Source: an uncultured Clostridia bacterium (GTDB lineage Bacteria; CAYTYR01; UBA6262). Taken from it: DNA of 64,000 bases. The notes under the pieces are model-generated. The model saw only the letters and a list, made by a program, of their open reading frames with translations. It had not been told where the DNA came from and did no database searches. Position 1 is the stretch's first letter; each line of letters opens with the position of its first letter. This document shows positions 1-9,466 of the stretch, piece after piece. Both the position numbers and the translations under genes were made by a program. The DNA lies in contig CAYTYR010000013.1 of assembly GCA_964441745.1 (NCBI GenBank), positions 1 through 64,000 of the forward strand, in the 5' to 3' direction.

Positions 1-4
1 GTCT

Positions 5-133
5 CTACACAACTCCTATATGCTCTTTACTGTCCCTATCGCAAAAAAACCGGGCTTCTGTTAAAGCTGTTGAGGAAAGCCCCAACAACATTAAAAAAAG
101 AAAAAACGCAGCTTTTACTGATTTACTGGTCAT
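5..133 (-). CDS. Small ORF (42 aa) with a signal-peptide-like N-terminus; absent from the ORF track
   Basis: Manual translation MTSKSVKAAFFLFLMLLGLSSTALTEARFFCDRDSKEHIGVV*. AGGTGAGG lies just upstream of the ATG, and a promoter-like motif sits at 197-224. Confidence 0.4.
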   Translation of the reverse strand: MTSKSVKAAFFLFLMLLGLSSTALTEARFFCDRDSKEHIGVV

Positions 134-196
134 GTCCTCACCTATCTGCGTTAATTAAATTTTACTCTATGGCTTGATTTTCTATGTATATATATG

Positions 197-224
197 ATTA
201 TAGCATAGATTCCAGAAAACGCAA
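197..224 (-). promoter_or_regulatory. Sigma70-type promoter (extended -10)
   Basis: TTGCGT-N16-TATAAT with TG at -15/-14. Confidence 0.55.
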
Positions 225-227
225 CTC

Positions 228-261
228 AAAAAAAGACCTGCCCCGACATAATCGGGGCAGG
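228..261 (-). terminator. Intrinsic terminator of the cold-shock gene
   Basis: 10-bp stem CCTGCCCCGA/TCGGGGCAGG with a 5-nt loop, followed closely by T7 on the minus strand. Confidence 0.8.
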
Positions 262-295
262 GATTTCGTTAAAAATCAAATCCGGTCAGGGATTA

Positions 296-496
296 TTATA
301 TTTTAACTACATTTTTGGCCTGTGGGCCTTTAGCGCCATCTTCAACGTCGAACTCAACTGCTTGCCCTTCGGCTAAGCTTTTGAATCCTTCGCCGTTGAT
401 CGCAGAGTAATGTACAAATACATCACCACTGCCGTCTTCTTTTTCAATGAAGCCGTAACCTTTGGCATCATTAAACCATTTAACTTTTCCTTTCAT
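296..496 (-). CDS. cspA: Cold-shock protein (CspA family), 66 aa
   Basis: [17 protein letters not shown] (RNP1) and DVFVHYS (RNP2). Start moved to the ATG at 496, which follows GGAGG. Confidence 0.95.
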   Translation of the reverse strand: MKGKVKWFNDAKGYGFIEKEDGSGDVFVHYSAINGEGFKSLAEGQAVEFDVEDGAKGPQAKNVVKI

Positions 497-571
497 CAAC
501 AGCCGTTCCTCCTTCTTTCTACATTCTGAAGGCGCTACTCCCACAAAATGGTTTTACATCCTTCAATGCTA

Positions 572-600
572 ATAGTAGCAGAGATTTCTAATTAAGTCAA
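572..600 (-). promoter_or_regulatory. Promoter of the cold-shock gene
   Basis: TTGACT-N17-TACTAT with extended TG. Confidence 0.6.
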
Positions 601-627
601 GCACTTTCTGCTATAAAAAAGTAACTG

Positions 628-724
628 GTGGTTAGTTTTGGAAGTAGGTATGGAAGTAAGTCTCAAGTCTTTGGATCGAAACTCAAGACTAAAAACCTAA
701 GACTAAACATACTTCTTAACCCAA
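628..724. repeat. ~100-bp palindromic repeat, family D (diverged, inverted copy)
   Basis: Colinear with the reverse complement of 38858-38958; shares the core GAAGTAGGTATGGAAGTA. Confidence 0.75.
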
Positions 725-735
725 CACCCTTATAC

Positions 736-2676
736 CTATTTTACTACCTGATTAACTTCCACCACAATTCTCTCTGCAAACTTCTGCCCAACTTCCTGTT
801 CACTGGGTACGGCCGCGGAAATAGTCAGGAAATGAGGACGCTCCTCATCCTTCACCACATATTTCGCTTTAACTATGCCGCTATCATTGGTCACTAATTC
901 TGCTCCAGCCAGGTTCCGGCAAGAAGCAGTAATGGCGCCAATTTGGGTCACCGCATAGGATACGGTTTTATTAGCAGCCGGTTGGCCATTTTCATTGTAT
1001 TGTATGGTAATGGTCACTGTATCGCCATTTTTATATACTGGCTGATCTGTGCTGATGGCTAGTTCTTGCTTGATGATCTCTTCTTTGTTAGCCACATAGA
1101 TAACCAGTGGTTGTTTCGTCACCACTTCCTTGCCATCTTTGGTCGTATAGCGGACTTTAAGATCATATTTGCCATCACTGAGGACACTACTATCCAATTC
1201 CGACCGCCACCAGTTAGCCGTGTTAGTCAGTTCTTGCCAGGTTGCGCCGTCAGTCGAATATTCTACTTTAGCCAGGTTCGGCAGTAATGCTGTCTTGGTA
1301 TAAACCTCAACCGGCGCCATACCCTGTACTTTATTGTTATCACGGGGATTGATCACTAATGCTTCATAGAATTTTTCCATAGCTCCGGCTGCCTTGCGCG
1401 GGGAACCAGCCATATTCACATCATCCGGCATAGCTACGATCCCAAACCATTCTTCCGGCTCGGTTTCTTCATGCCGGTCTTCATCGCCTTCACCCTCATT
1501 GTTTTTCCACCACTCATCGATCCAGGAGAAAATGCAGGCGCCATTACCTTTTTCCGCAATCATGGAGTAGGTATCATTAACAATACCGGTGGCCTGCTCA
1601 TCTTCCGTATTGCCGCCATAACCGAATTTTCCCTCACCGCGCTTAGACATGCTATAACCATATTCTGTGCCGATCAGAGGCTTATCTTTAGCCAATGATC
1701 TCTCCATCCAGCTAAGATAACCGCGATAGCCCATATTCACCACATGAGATTTATCATAGCCATAATGGTTGATGCAAATAAAATCCCAGTTCTTGGTTTC
1801 TAACATATCAGAGCGGGGCCAATTAGCCAAAGAGACATAGGCTCCCGGCTGCAGCTCCTTGATCTTGGCGGTAACCAAGTCATAAAATTCATTGGTTTTC
1901 GCCAAACTGGCTTGGGCGATCTTTCCCGGAGGCGGTTCATTCATCAGCAGATAGCCGATAATATTCCCGTGCTCCCGGTTGATCTTCATTTCGTCTTCTA
2001 CTGTGGACAGGGAATTATTCCAGAAGCTCTGATCGGAAAAATCAGCCAAGGGTGGTACCCAGATGCTCATGCCCTGGATGATCAGGAGGCCATATTTGTG
2101 CGCCAGCTCCATCATATACTCGTCCAGGTCCCGGCCAGACCAGTTGCGGATCGTATTAAATCCGATCTTTTTCATCAGCTGGAAATCTTTTTCCACGACA
2201 TCATAATCCCGGGGATACGGTTTGTTGGGAGAGGTATGCGGACGATAGGGTGCATAGCCGATACCGCACACTATGTATTTTTCACCGTTGACATAAATAT
2301 CATCACCGCGGAATTCGACCTTTTCTTTCGGCAGGTTAATGGTGTCAGGCAGTTTAACCGGTATTTCAGCACTGGCTGCGCCATCCTTGCCGCCTTTGGT
2401 CGCTACTACTTTATAAACTGCTTTGCTCCCGGCGGCCGCCTTCTGATCGACATAGAAAGGATCACGCGCCCGGCCCACAACTTTGCCGTCACGGTATACT
2501 TTATAATAGAAAATATCTTCGATCTGCTCCCACATTAAGTAAACCTTGCCCAAAGCTTCCCAGGAGGGAACGACTTTCAGTTTTTCAATGCTGCCGGCAG
2601 CTCCTTGCGCCCAAACCACTGCCGAACTTAGCATAATCGCGGCTATGAGCAGTAATAAAATGACTCTTTTTTTCAT
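736..2676 (-). CDS. Secreted clan GH-A glycoside hydrolase (GH2-TIM-like) with an N-terminal FN3-like domain and C-terminal Ig-like domains
   Basis: Signal peptide; YKVYRDG FN3-like motif; GFNTIR; LMNEP (acid/base); TEYG (nucleophile); DEWWK and EEWFGI motifs. Confidence 0.8.
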   Translation of the reverse strand: MKKRVILLLLIAAIMLSSAVVWAQGAAGSIEKLKVVPSWEALGKVYLMWEQIEDIFYYKVYRDGKVVGRARDPFYVDQKAAAGSKAVYKVVATKGGKDGAASAEIPVKLPDTINLPKEKVEFRGDDIYVNGEKYIVCGIGYAPYRPHTSPNKPYPRDYDVVEKDFQLMKKIGFNTIRNWSGRDLDEYMMELAHKYGLLIIQGMSIWVPPLADFSDQSFWNNSLSTVEDEMKINREHGNIIGYLLMNEPPPGKIAQASLAKTNEFYDLVTAKIKELQPGAYVSLANWPRSDMLETKNWDFICINHYGYDKSHVVNMGYRGYLSWMERSLAKDKPLIGTEYGYSMSKRGEGKFGYGGNTEDEQATGIVNDTYSMIAEKGNGACIFSWIDEWWKNNEGEGDEDRHEETEPEEWFGIVAMPDDVNMAGSPRKAAGAMEKFYEALVINPRDNNKVQGMAPVEVYTKTALLPNLAKVEYSTDGATWQELTNTANWWRSELDSSVLSDGKYDLKVRYTTKDGKEVVTKQPLVIYVANKEEIIKQELAISTDQPVYKNGDTVTITIQYNENGQPAANKTVSYAVTQIGAITASCRNLAGAELVTNDSGIVKAKYVVKDEERPHFLTISAAVPSEQEVGQKFAERIVVEVNQVVK

Positions 2677-2701
2677 TTTTTATGCACTCCTTTACTCTGT
2701 A

Positions 2702-3934
2702 TTAGTTCTCTGTGTTTTCTTCCTGCGGCCATAGTTCCTGCAGGAGGTAGTAAGCTTTCTTGGGCAGACGCCTATTATTACCCATTTCATCCTGTTCCGG
2801 GTCCAGGGAAATTATGCCCCACCATTCTTCGTTCATATTCATTCCTTCCGGAGCTTTAATATCACAATAGTAGGCTCCGTGGCACCATTGCCCGCTGGTG
2901 TCATGGACTGACCAACTGGACGAATCTGCTTCTGCGGCTTTCCACCATTCATCGTTCCATTCAAACACACAGCCACCCAGGCAGTTGCCAACTCCTCCAG
3001 GATTACCAGGCAAATTCTTTTCAATCTCCAGCCATTGGTTGTTAATAAAAGCTGCTTGCGTTTCCTGGTCTTCTCTTTGTTTGAAAGCGTCAAATGAGTC
3101 ACAGCCAAATTCGCTGAAAATAATCGGCTTACCCCATTTGATCTTTACTTCTTTAAATAAATTCCCGAATGACTTGCCGCGATATACAGTCGCACCCAGT
3201 ACATCAACATTGGGACAATAGCGTTTAGCGGCCTCCACATCAGCTATATCGCCGTTACCCATCATGATCGGATGATCCGGGTCGATCTTCTTAACAGCTT
3301 TAGCCACTTTTTCAATAAACTGGTAATAAATTTTCGCTTTGGCCATCCTTTGCTTGAAAGGATCATTCATTGCTTCGATCGCCTTAGTCGTCCAGGGATT
3401 CACTTTTTGCGGCCCGAAAGAGAAGTTATTTTCATTTCCCAGGCACCACATCAGGATCCCTGGTTCATCCTTGTATTCCTTAACCATCCGGAGAACATCG
3501 TCAATAGTTCTTTTTTGGAAATCTTCATCGGCATAGTTAGCTGAAGGATAGGACCAAAAACCGAGATAATGGGTCATGATGGTGCGTATCTGGAATTCTT
3601 CGTACAGGTCCCGGATCAGCTGTCTGGTTTCTGCAGGATTTTCCCCTTCCTGGTAGATCCTGATGGTATTGGCCCCTAATTCCTTCATCATCGGGCCATC
3701 CACATTGATCCAGGGCTTACCCGTATCTCCCCAAAAGTTATGCTCATAATTCTTGCCAATAGGTATCGGGCTATAACAAACGCCATGCACTATAAAGGGG
3801 TTCCCTTCCACTAACAGTTGATACTCCCCGGTTTTTTTCCGGCTAACACTCACGCGCGGTTCTTTCGCCATCACCGCCGTAACCAGGAATAAACTGGCCA
3901 GCAACAACAGCCATGATCCAGGTACTTTTTTCAC
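2702..3934 (-). CDS. Secreted clan GH-A glycoside hydrolase (GH2-TIM-like)
   Basis: Signal peptide; GVCYSPIP, GANTIRIY, LGNEN, SEFG, DEWWK and NEEWWGI motifs. Confidence 0.85.
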   Translation of the reverse strand: MKKVPGSWLLLLASLFLVTAVMAKEPRVSVSRKKTGEYQLLVEGNPFIVHGVCYSPIPIGKNYEHNFWGDTGKPWINVDGPMMKELGANTIRIYQEGENPAETRQLIRDLYEEFQIRTIMTHYLGFWSYPSANYADEDFQKRTIDDVLRMVKEYKDEPGILMWCLGNENNFSFGPQKVNPWTTKAIEAMNDPFKQRMAKAKIYYQFIEKVAKAVKKIDPDHPIMMGNGDIADVEAAKRYCPNVDVLGATVYRGKSFGNLFKEVKIKWGKPIIFSEFGCDSFDAFKQREDQETQAAFINNQWLEIEKNLPGNPGGVGNCLGGCVFEWNDEWWKAAEADSSSWSVHDTSGQWCHGAYYCDIKAPEGMNMNEEWWGIISLDPEQDEMGNNRRLPKKAYYLLQELWPQEENTEN

Positions 3935-3961
3935 TGCGTCCCCCTCTTTTATTCTCTAATC

Positions 3962-6900
3962 CTATTTAATAACTGCTATTTTGCCTTTTCTTAAAGTTCC
4001 GCCGTCCTTGATCACATATAAGTAGATCCCGCTGGCTATTCTCCGCCCTAATATATTTTCCAGGTCCCAGCTGAAAGGATTATCCGTAATATCGCTGGCA
4101 GAAAAAACCTCGTCCCCGTTCAGGTCATAAATTTTCAATACCGCGTCACTGGACACATTGATAAAATAAACTTTTCTATCTTGGTTTAGTTTGCACGGAT
4201 TGGGATAAACATAGAAACTATTATCTTGGACTATTTCAAATCCGTTATAAAAGACTCCGGATTGGGTATCCGAATTAGTGACCACGACATCCCAAAAGCC
4301 TGGCGTTTTATTCCTGATATCCAGCAGGCCGGAGATCTGTGTTGCCGAATCATAGCTATGTTCTGTGGCCACGATATCCGGCTCGCCAGTCCTGCTTAAT
4401 TTTATTTGACTCCCGTTATAGAAATTTGTTCCGGTGACCTGGACCCTCACCTGCTTCCGGCTATTAGCCAGTGACGGGGAGATCGCACTGACCGTGAGTA
4501 GATAACTGGTTATGGTAATGGGCATATTCCTGGCAGTAGTAAGGTTCCCGCCTGGATTGATCACCACCAGAGACCAATTCCCCGGGGCTACGCCGGTCAG
4601 ATCGAATTCGGCCGTGATCTTAGCAGTACTGATCATGTTAACTGACTCTGCGGTCATATTATCCTGGCCGGAACGCAGCAGCAGAACCTGCGCTCCTGGC
4701 TGGAAACCAGCTCCTTCTATAGTCAGGGTTTGTCTCCCTAAATTATTGCAGGAATCAGGGGAAACGGAAATAACTTCACAGGCAAATGTTTGGACGGCAA
4801 CCAGGGTTTGCGGTTGCACATAAATACTGCCCTGAGACCCGAAACCATAAAAAGTGATCTTCTGCTCCGCTGTTCCAGGATTGTACGCCACATATGTTTT
4901 CGTACCATCTTTACTGAAGACCGAATGATACGGTGTGTCAGCATACCCGCTGGTATCCACCTGGCCTAACTCTTTGAAATTATAGATCCAGTGGTACAGG
5001 AAACTGTACGTATCCCCATCGCTATCAATAGTCACTGTTTCCCGATATTTATTGATCACTGCCTCTGGATCAGCCATGGCTTGAAATTGCCAGATAATAT
5101 TATACCAGCCATTAAAATGTTCTGGGGCACCATTATCAACCAGAAAAGCATCATAAATCCGTTTAACGTAATCCGCATTATATCCAAGGTACAGCATACT
5201 CGCTGTAGCCGGGATCATTTGGATGCCATAAACACATTCGTCATTAACATGATCCCACCAGGTATCATATAGTATCCGGTCATCATGCAGAATCCCTACC
5301 AGCGGATGATTATACGTAGCACTATAGATATCCTGGTCCATATTAAAATAATAATCACGGATTCCGCTATATTCCGTAGTATATCCGTAAATACCCGTAT
5401 CCCGGATAGTGTCATTATTAGTAACCATACCCCACAAGATCAGGGCGGCCCAGGAATTCATCGCTTCTGAAGAAGACTCCTGGTTATTCCCTTTTTCTGA
5501 CTGAGCCAGGCCGTCGCAATATGAATGCCCCAGATAATGGTCAAAATGGCGCATAAATGGGAACATGGTGTCATTCCTGTTCCAGTTGGCATAATCCCGG
5601 ATCAAATATTCGACCATGGGACCGTAATCATCTTTGAAAGAACTGTCATACATACTTAAAATAGCAGCAGCATAAACCAGGTAACCATAATGATAATGAT
5701 GGTCAGTATAATTATAACCGTAAAATTCAGCGGCATAGCCGACCAGCCCGCTCCAGACCTGATCATAATAGAAAAACCTGGTAGTTTCACCTGCTGTATA
5801 CGTAAACCAGTTAACCAGGATAGTTTTGAGGCGACTGACCAGGTAATTCCTGGTCGCCGTATCCTGCAGTTGTTCGGCAATGGGGATCAGGTTAGCTATT
5901 TTAGCGACCTGTTTCCCGTTAAAATAAGTATCAGTCTTGGACAGGGAAGAATTCTTATCCTTGGCTAACAGTGCTGCCAGGTGCGTTTTGTCATAACTGC
6001 CTTTATCCGGCAGAAAAGGTAATACGCCATGGAAGGTATTGACTGTGGCAAAACCGGTCCCGGCCAATATTTTCATTTTACCCGGCAAAACCGTATAATA
6101 ACGCGTTGCGCTAACCGCCGCAGTAGAGTTCTTGTACTGGTGCGGCAGTAAAGCCATTAATGTTTTTGTCTCTGTGCCTTCCTGAGCAACCGTGGTCAGG
6201 GCAAAAGTATTGGTAACCTGCTGGGTAGTTTCATCATAAGACCAGGAAACCTGGCTGTTGGTTACAAAAGCATACGCGTATTGATAATAGTAAGCCAGGA
6301 CCTGCTTATCTGTTTCCCCGCTGTCTTTCGTCATCAAGGCTACAGAAAAATAACGGCTGGCCGCAGGCATGGTGATGCTGATGGTCGTACCGCTAATGGT
6401 GAAACTGCTGCTGGTTGGAGCAAACAGGCCATAATAACTGGAGCCGTATTTAACTCCGATATGGTTAGTATTAACAGTGCCGTCACTTAAAGTATTGCCA
6501 TTGCTGTCAAAAGCAGTAATAGCCCCGGAAAAAATAATTTTCGGGTCGCAGCCCGAAGAATAGGTTAAATAGACAAACGGCAGACCATGCCCGTAAGTAG
6601 CGGAGATAGTTTTAGTTTTATCAGTTGCGTCTGTCCAGAGAGGGCTGACTGTCCAGTCGCTATAAGCCTCAACCAGGACCCCGGTATTGGCGGCAACGGT
6701 CAGTTCCCGGCCGCTGATATCGCCGCCGATCTCCAGATCCTGGACAAAAGGGGCAGTGATACTGTCAGCCGCTGCCGTAACTGCTGGATAACCGATCTGC
6801 AGGCCTGTACTGACTGCATTCATGGCTAATGGATTGGCAAAATGGTAATACGAATATTCAGAACTGATCAAGGAAGAATACCATTTAGTCGTGGGGACAG

Positions 6901-7066
6901 GCCCGGTGATATTAGTGGTTATATATTGGTCCGCAGGCGGTGAAGTCAATGTTGTTGGCAAAGTGTCAGCATAGCTTCCCTTGCCCACCGCAGTGGCCCC
7001 AGCCTGCCCGCCTATACATATCAGCAAACAAAGAACTGCACAAAATTTAGTCTGATAATAGGTCAT
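3962..7066 (-). CDS. GH81 endo-beta-1,3-glucanase with two IPT/Ig-like domains and a C-terminal sorting-type domain
   Basis: PVPTTKWYSS, YTDHHYHYGY and NQESSSEA GH81 motifs; C-terminus VYPNP...LKIYDLNG...SGIYLY...GKIAVIK. Confidence 0.9.
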   Translation of the reverse strand: MTYYQTKFCAVLCLLICIGGQAGATAVGKGSYADTLPTTLTSPPADQYITTNITGPVPTTKWYSSLISSEYSYYHFANPLAMNAVSTGLQIGYPAVTAAADSITAPFVQDLEIGGDISGRELTVAANTGVLVEAYSDWTVSPLWTDATDKTKTISATYGHGLPFVYLTYSSGCDPKIIFSGAITAFDSNGNTLSDGTVNTNHIGVKYGSSYYGLFAPTSSSFTISGTTISITMPAASRYFSVALMTKDSGETDKQVLAYYYQYAYAFVTNSQVSWSYDETTQQVTNTFALTTVAQEGTETKTLMALLPHQYKNSTAAVSATRYYTVLPGKMKILAGTGFATVNTFHGVLPFLPDKGSYDKTHLAALLAKDKNSSLSKTDTYFNGKQVAKIANLIPIAEQLQDTATRNYLVSRLKTILVNWFTYTAGETTRFFYYDQVWSGLVGYAAEFYGYNYTDHHYHYGYLVYAAAILSMYDSSFKDDYGPMVEYLIRDYANWNRNDTMFPFMRHFDHYLGHSYCDGLAQSEKGNNQESSSEAMNSWAALILWGMVTNNDTIRDTGIYGYTTEYSGIRDYYFNMDQDIYSATYNHPLVGILHDDRILYDTWWDHVNDECVYGIQMIPATASMLYLGYNADYVKRIYDAFLVDNGAPEHFNGWYNIIWQFQAMADPEAVINKYRETVTIDSDGDTYSFLYHWIYNFKELGQVDTSGYADTPYHSVFSKDGTKTYVAYNPGTAEQKITFYGFGSQGSIYVQPQTLVAVQTFACEVISVSPDSCNNLGRQTLTIEGAGFQPGAQVLLLRSGQDNMTAESVNMISTAKITAEFDLTGVAPGNWSLVVINPGGNLTTARNMPITITSYLLTVSAISPSLANSRKQVRVQVTGTNFYNGSQIKLSRTGEPDIVATEHSYDSATQISGLLDIRNKTPGFWDVVVTNSDTQSGVFYNGFEIVQDNSFYVYPNPCKLNQDRKVYFINVSSDAVLKIYDLNGDEVFSASDITDNPFSWDLENILGRRIASGIYLYVIKDGGTLRKGKIAVIK

Positions 7067-7138
7067 TGTTTAGGATTTAATAACTCCTGATCCGGTGCCG
7101 GCCTTTCCTTCAGTTATATCTTTATTCTGACCAAATCA

Positions 7139-8365
7139 CTACGGTATCATTTTAATATTTTTAAAATAAACAGTCGATGAAGTAGCACCCCATACGAATT
7201 CGATCGGTATATAAGTTTTAGTCTTATCACAGGTGGTAAACCCGGATAGAGCAAAAGTATAAGTTGTCCAAGTAGTGGTTAAAGTGGCTGTCTTTTTGGT
7301 CTCCAGCCCCAAGTCACCGTCTGTAGTGTCTTTCATGCCAATTTGAATTACTTCACCGCCAACTTCCCCTTTCATATCTACAGACAAGGTAGTATAGCCA
7401 GAATAATCAAAAGCATATTTAATTTCATTAGGATTAAACTCCGTGTTCCAGGGTGTCGGCCACCTGAGGATAAATACTGTACCCCAAGAATTACCCGCAG
7501 GATAGGCACATTTCATATGTGTAGTCATATTGGTAACCCAATCGGTAGCGCCACCGCTGCTGGCAACTCCCATATCATAACCCAGATCACCCTCTGCTGA
7601 TAACTGCTCATTCTCTTCCAGATAAATTGCACCATTAGCTGGAGGAGTCGCAACTAAGGGATAGCTGCTGCCGCCATCAGTGGTAGCAAAAGTATAGTCA
7701 CTGCTGGTACTGGATTTACTGGCGGCATTGGTGCTTTTCACGCGATAATGATATGTTGTACTAGCAGTCAGGTTAGAGAGCGTCACGCTATGACTAGTAG
7801 TGAGGGTGGCCGCTGATTCACTTAGACCATAGGAAGTTGATGTACCATACTCTACCAGGCTGTCAGCAGACTGGTCCGTAGTCCAGGTAATGGTGGCACT
7901 GTCGGCATTAGGAGTGCCGGGACTGACCGCGGAAATAGTTGGAGCTGTGTCATTACTGGGAATAGCATTAGTGACAAAACTAAAACTGCCGTCATCTCCG
8001 GCTTTAGCGGTATTAAGATTAGCATCCCTGCTTTGCACATAGTAATAATAGGTAGTGGCGGCAGTCAAACCGGTAAGATTTATAGAATGCGTTTTCGTCA
8101 TGCTGGCGCCTGTATCTGTTTCATTAATGAATTGGGTCATCTCGCTGCTGCTGGTCCCGAAATACACCTTGGAAGTTGCGACAATATCCGTACTCCAGGT
8201 GATCGTGGCCGTGGTCGTAGTAATGTTTGACTCGGCCACACTGGAAATGACCGGACCGTCAGCTACCAATGCTGTCAACTTATCCTTTTTGGTGCAGGCA
8301 AAAAAGAGCGAAGATAACAATACTATCAGGAGCATTAACGCCGCGGCTTTTTTTGATACTTTCAT
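7139..8365 (-). CDS. Lipoprotein with two FN3-like domains and a C-terminal CBM-like domain
   Basis: Lipobox LFFA-C; two ATITW(S/T)TD...H(S)..L..L...TTY(Y/H)Y repeats; DYSGYTTLSVDMKG...WTTYTF...VYFKNIK. Confidence 0.75.
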   Translation of the reverse strand: MKVSKKAAALMLLIVLLSSLFFACTKKDKLTALVADGPVISSVAESNITTTTATITWSTDIVATSKVYFGTSSSEMTQFINETDTGASMTKTHSINLTGLTAATTYYYYVQSRDANLNTAKAGDDGSFSFVTNAIPSNDTAPTISAVSPGTPNADSATITWTTDQSADSLVEYGTSTSYGLSESAATLTTSHSVTLSNLTASTTYHYRVKSTNAASKSSTSSDYTFATTDGGSSYPLVATPPANGAIYLEENEQLSAEGDLGYDMGVASSGGATDWVTNMTTHMKCAYPAGNSWGTVFILRWPTPWNTEFNPNEIKYAFDYSGYTTLSVDMKGEVGGEVIQIGMKDTTDGDLGLETKKTATLTTTWTTYTFALSGFTTCDKTKTYIPIEFVWGATSSTVYFKNIKMIP

Positions 8366-8401
8366 TGTTCCCTCCCCTAAATAATTAAAATTTATCTAAA
8401 C

Positions 8402-9181
8402 TTACTCGTATTTAATGTCATCCAGGTAGAAAACGATCCCTGACGGATTATCACCGGCTACAGCGACCCAGCAAAATCCGCCATTTATATATGATAGATC
8501 CCTATTTTTTAAGTTAATAGTGTATTTGCGCCATTCTTTTCTTAATACTACCGGCCCAAAATCCACTGAACAAGAATCAGGATAAGTCCCGCTGATCCCG
8601 CCGACCTTGAACTTTTTTATCTTTTCATTGCCCTTGGCGCCGCGCGCCCAGAAGGTGAGTTTGGTTGCGCCGGTCAAATTATACCCGCCTTTTTTTTCAC
8701 CCCAGTTACCGGAGGGATTCTGCCAAAACATGCCCGCCCAGCCGGCTCTTTGTGATTCCCTGGCATTATATTCTATCTTGATGCAGGTCTTGCCAGAATA
8801 AGGTTTTTTCGCATATCCATAATCCAATTTTAGATCTGTATAATCGCCCATCCAGCCGCTCGGAGCATAATGATTGCCGCCACTGGTCTTATCCTGGTAG
8901 ATTAAAAATCCCTTAAAAGCCGGGACTTCAGGGGTAATTTCTTCATCTGGTTTTGTTGCTTCTTCTTTCAATTTTGCTTTGACTTTTCTTTTTACTTTTC
9001 TTTTTGTCTTTGGTTTCACTTTTGGTTTTGCTTTTATTTCCGCTTCTTCAGGGTTCTGGTCTGCAACAATATCAGACAATTCCGGCAGGGCTGTTTCGTC
9101 TTCCTCTTCCGCCCCAGAGCGGAACACAAAAAAATTACACAATAATAAAGAAAATAATATTATTAGTAATGATTTTTTCAT
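8402..9181 (-). CDS. Secreted CBM-like (galactose-binding fold) protein, paralogue 4
   Basis: Signal peptide; charged linker; HYAPSGWMGDY, WQNPSGNWG, LTFWARG and FYLDDIKYE motifs. Confidence 0.75.
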   Translation of the reverse strand: MKKSLLIILFSLLLCNFFVFRSGAEEEDETALPELSDIVADQNPEEAEIKAKPKVKPKTKRKVKRKVKAKLKEEATKPDEEITPEVPAFKGFLIYQDKTSGGNHYAPSGWMGDYTDLKLDYGYAKKPYSGKTCIKIEYNARESQRAGWAGMFWQNPSGNWGEKKGGYNLTGATKLTFWARGAKGNEKIKKFKVGGISGTYPDSCSVDFGPVVLRKEWRKYTINLKNRDLSYINGGFCWVAVAGDNPSGIVFYLDDIKYE

Positions 9182-9197
9182 AAACGCCTTTACTAAC

Positions 9198-9223
9198 AGC
9201 TGCGAACTATGAGCTGCGAGCTA
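9198..9223. repeat. Single heptamer arm (GAGCTGC-type)
   Basis: AGCTGCG-AACTATG-AGCTGCG-AGCTA, 7-nt period. Confidence 0.5.
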
Positions 9224-9233
9224 ATTCACAGGT

Positions 9234-9347
9234 CCCTCTGCTCTGAAGAACGACATAATATTTGCCTCAAAACAGGATGTTGCTATATCTACTATAGAAC
9301 GTCACCATCGTCGGCTTATTTTTATCGTTCCTTCGAGAAGCAGAGGG
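9234..9347. other. 114-nt imperfect rod-like inverted repeat (candidate structured RNA or MITE-like element)
   Basis: CCCTCTGCT/AGCAGAGGG, GAAG-AACGA/TCGTT-C-CTTC, GATGTT/AACGTC and CTATA/TATAG pair in a nested way. Confidence 0.55.
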
Positions 9348-9364
9348 AAACCCGTATTAAACAC

Positions 9365-9447
9365 AAATTCTAAATTCTCCCCTGCTGATTTGTCATAAAA
9401 CCAGACAAATCAAAACGCGGGGACAGGTAAATGACAAATTCTAAATT
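9365..9447. repeat. AAATTCT heptamer arm interrupted by a CCTG-type hairpin element
   Basis: CAAATTCTAAATTC [TCCCCTGCTGATTTGTC...GACAAATC...GCGGGGACAGG] TAAATGACAAATTCTAAATT. Confidence 0.55.
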
Positions 9448-9466
9448 ATGGTTCTTTTCATTTTTA

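Noticed and set aside
628-897. Plus-strand 89-aa ORF
   Set aside because: It is made of family D repeat plus antisense of a real gene, with no protein-like signal.
9234-9347. Integron attC site
   Set aside because: It has bulged-hairpin character but no RYYYAAC/GTTRRRY boxes at the ends, no integrase and no cassette array.
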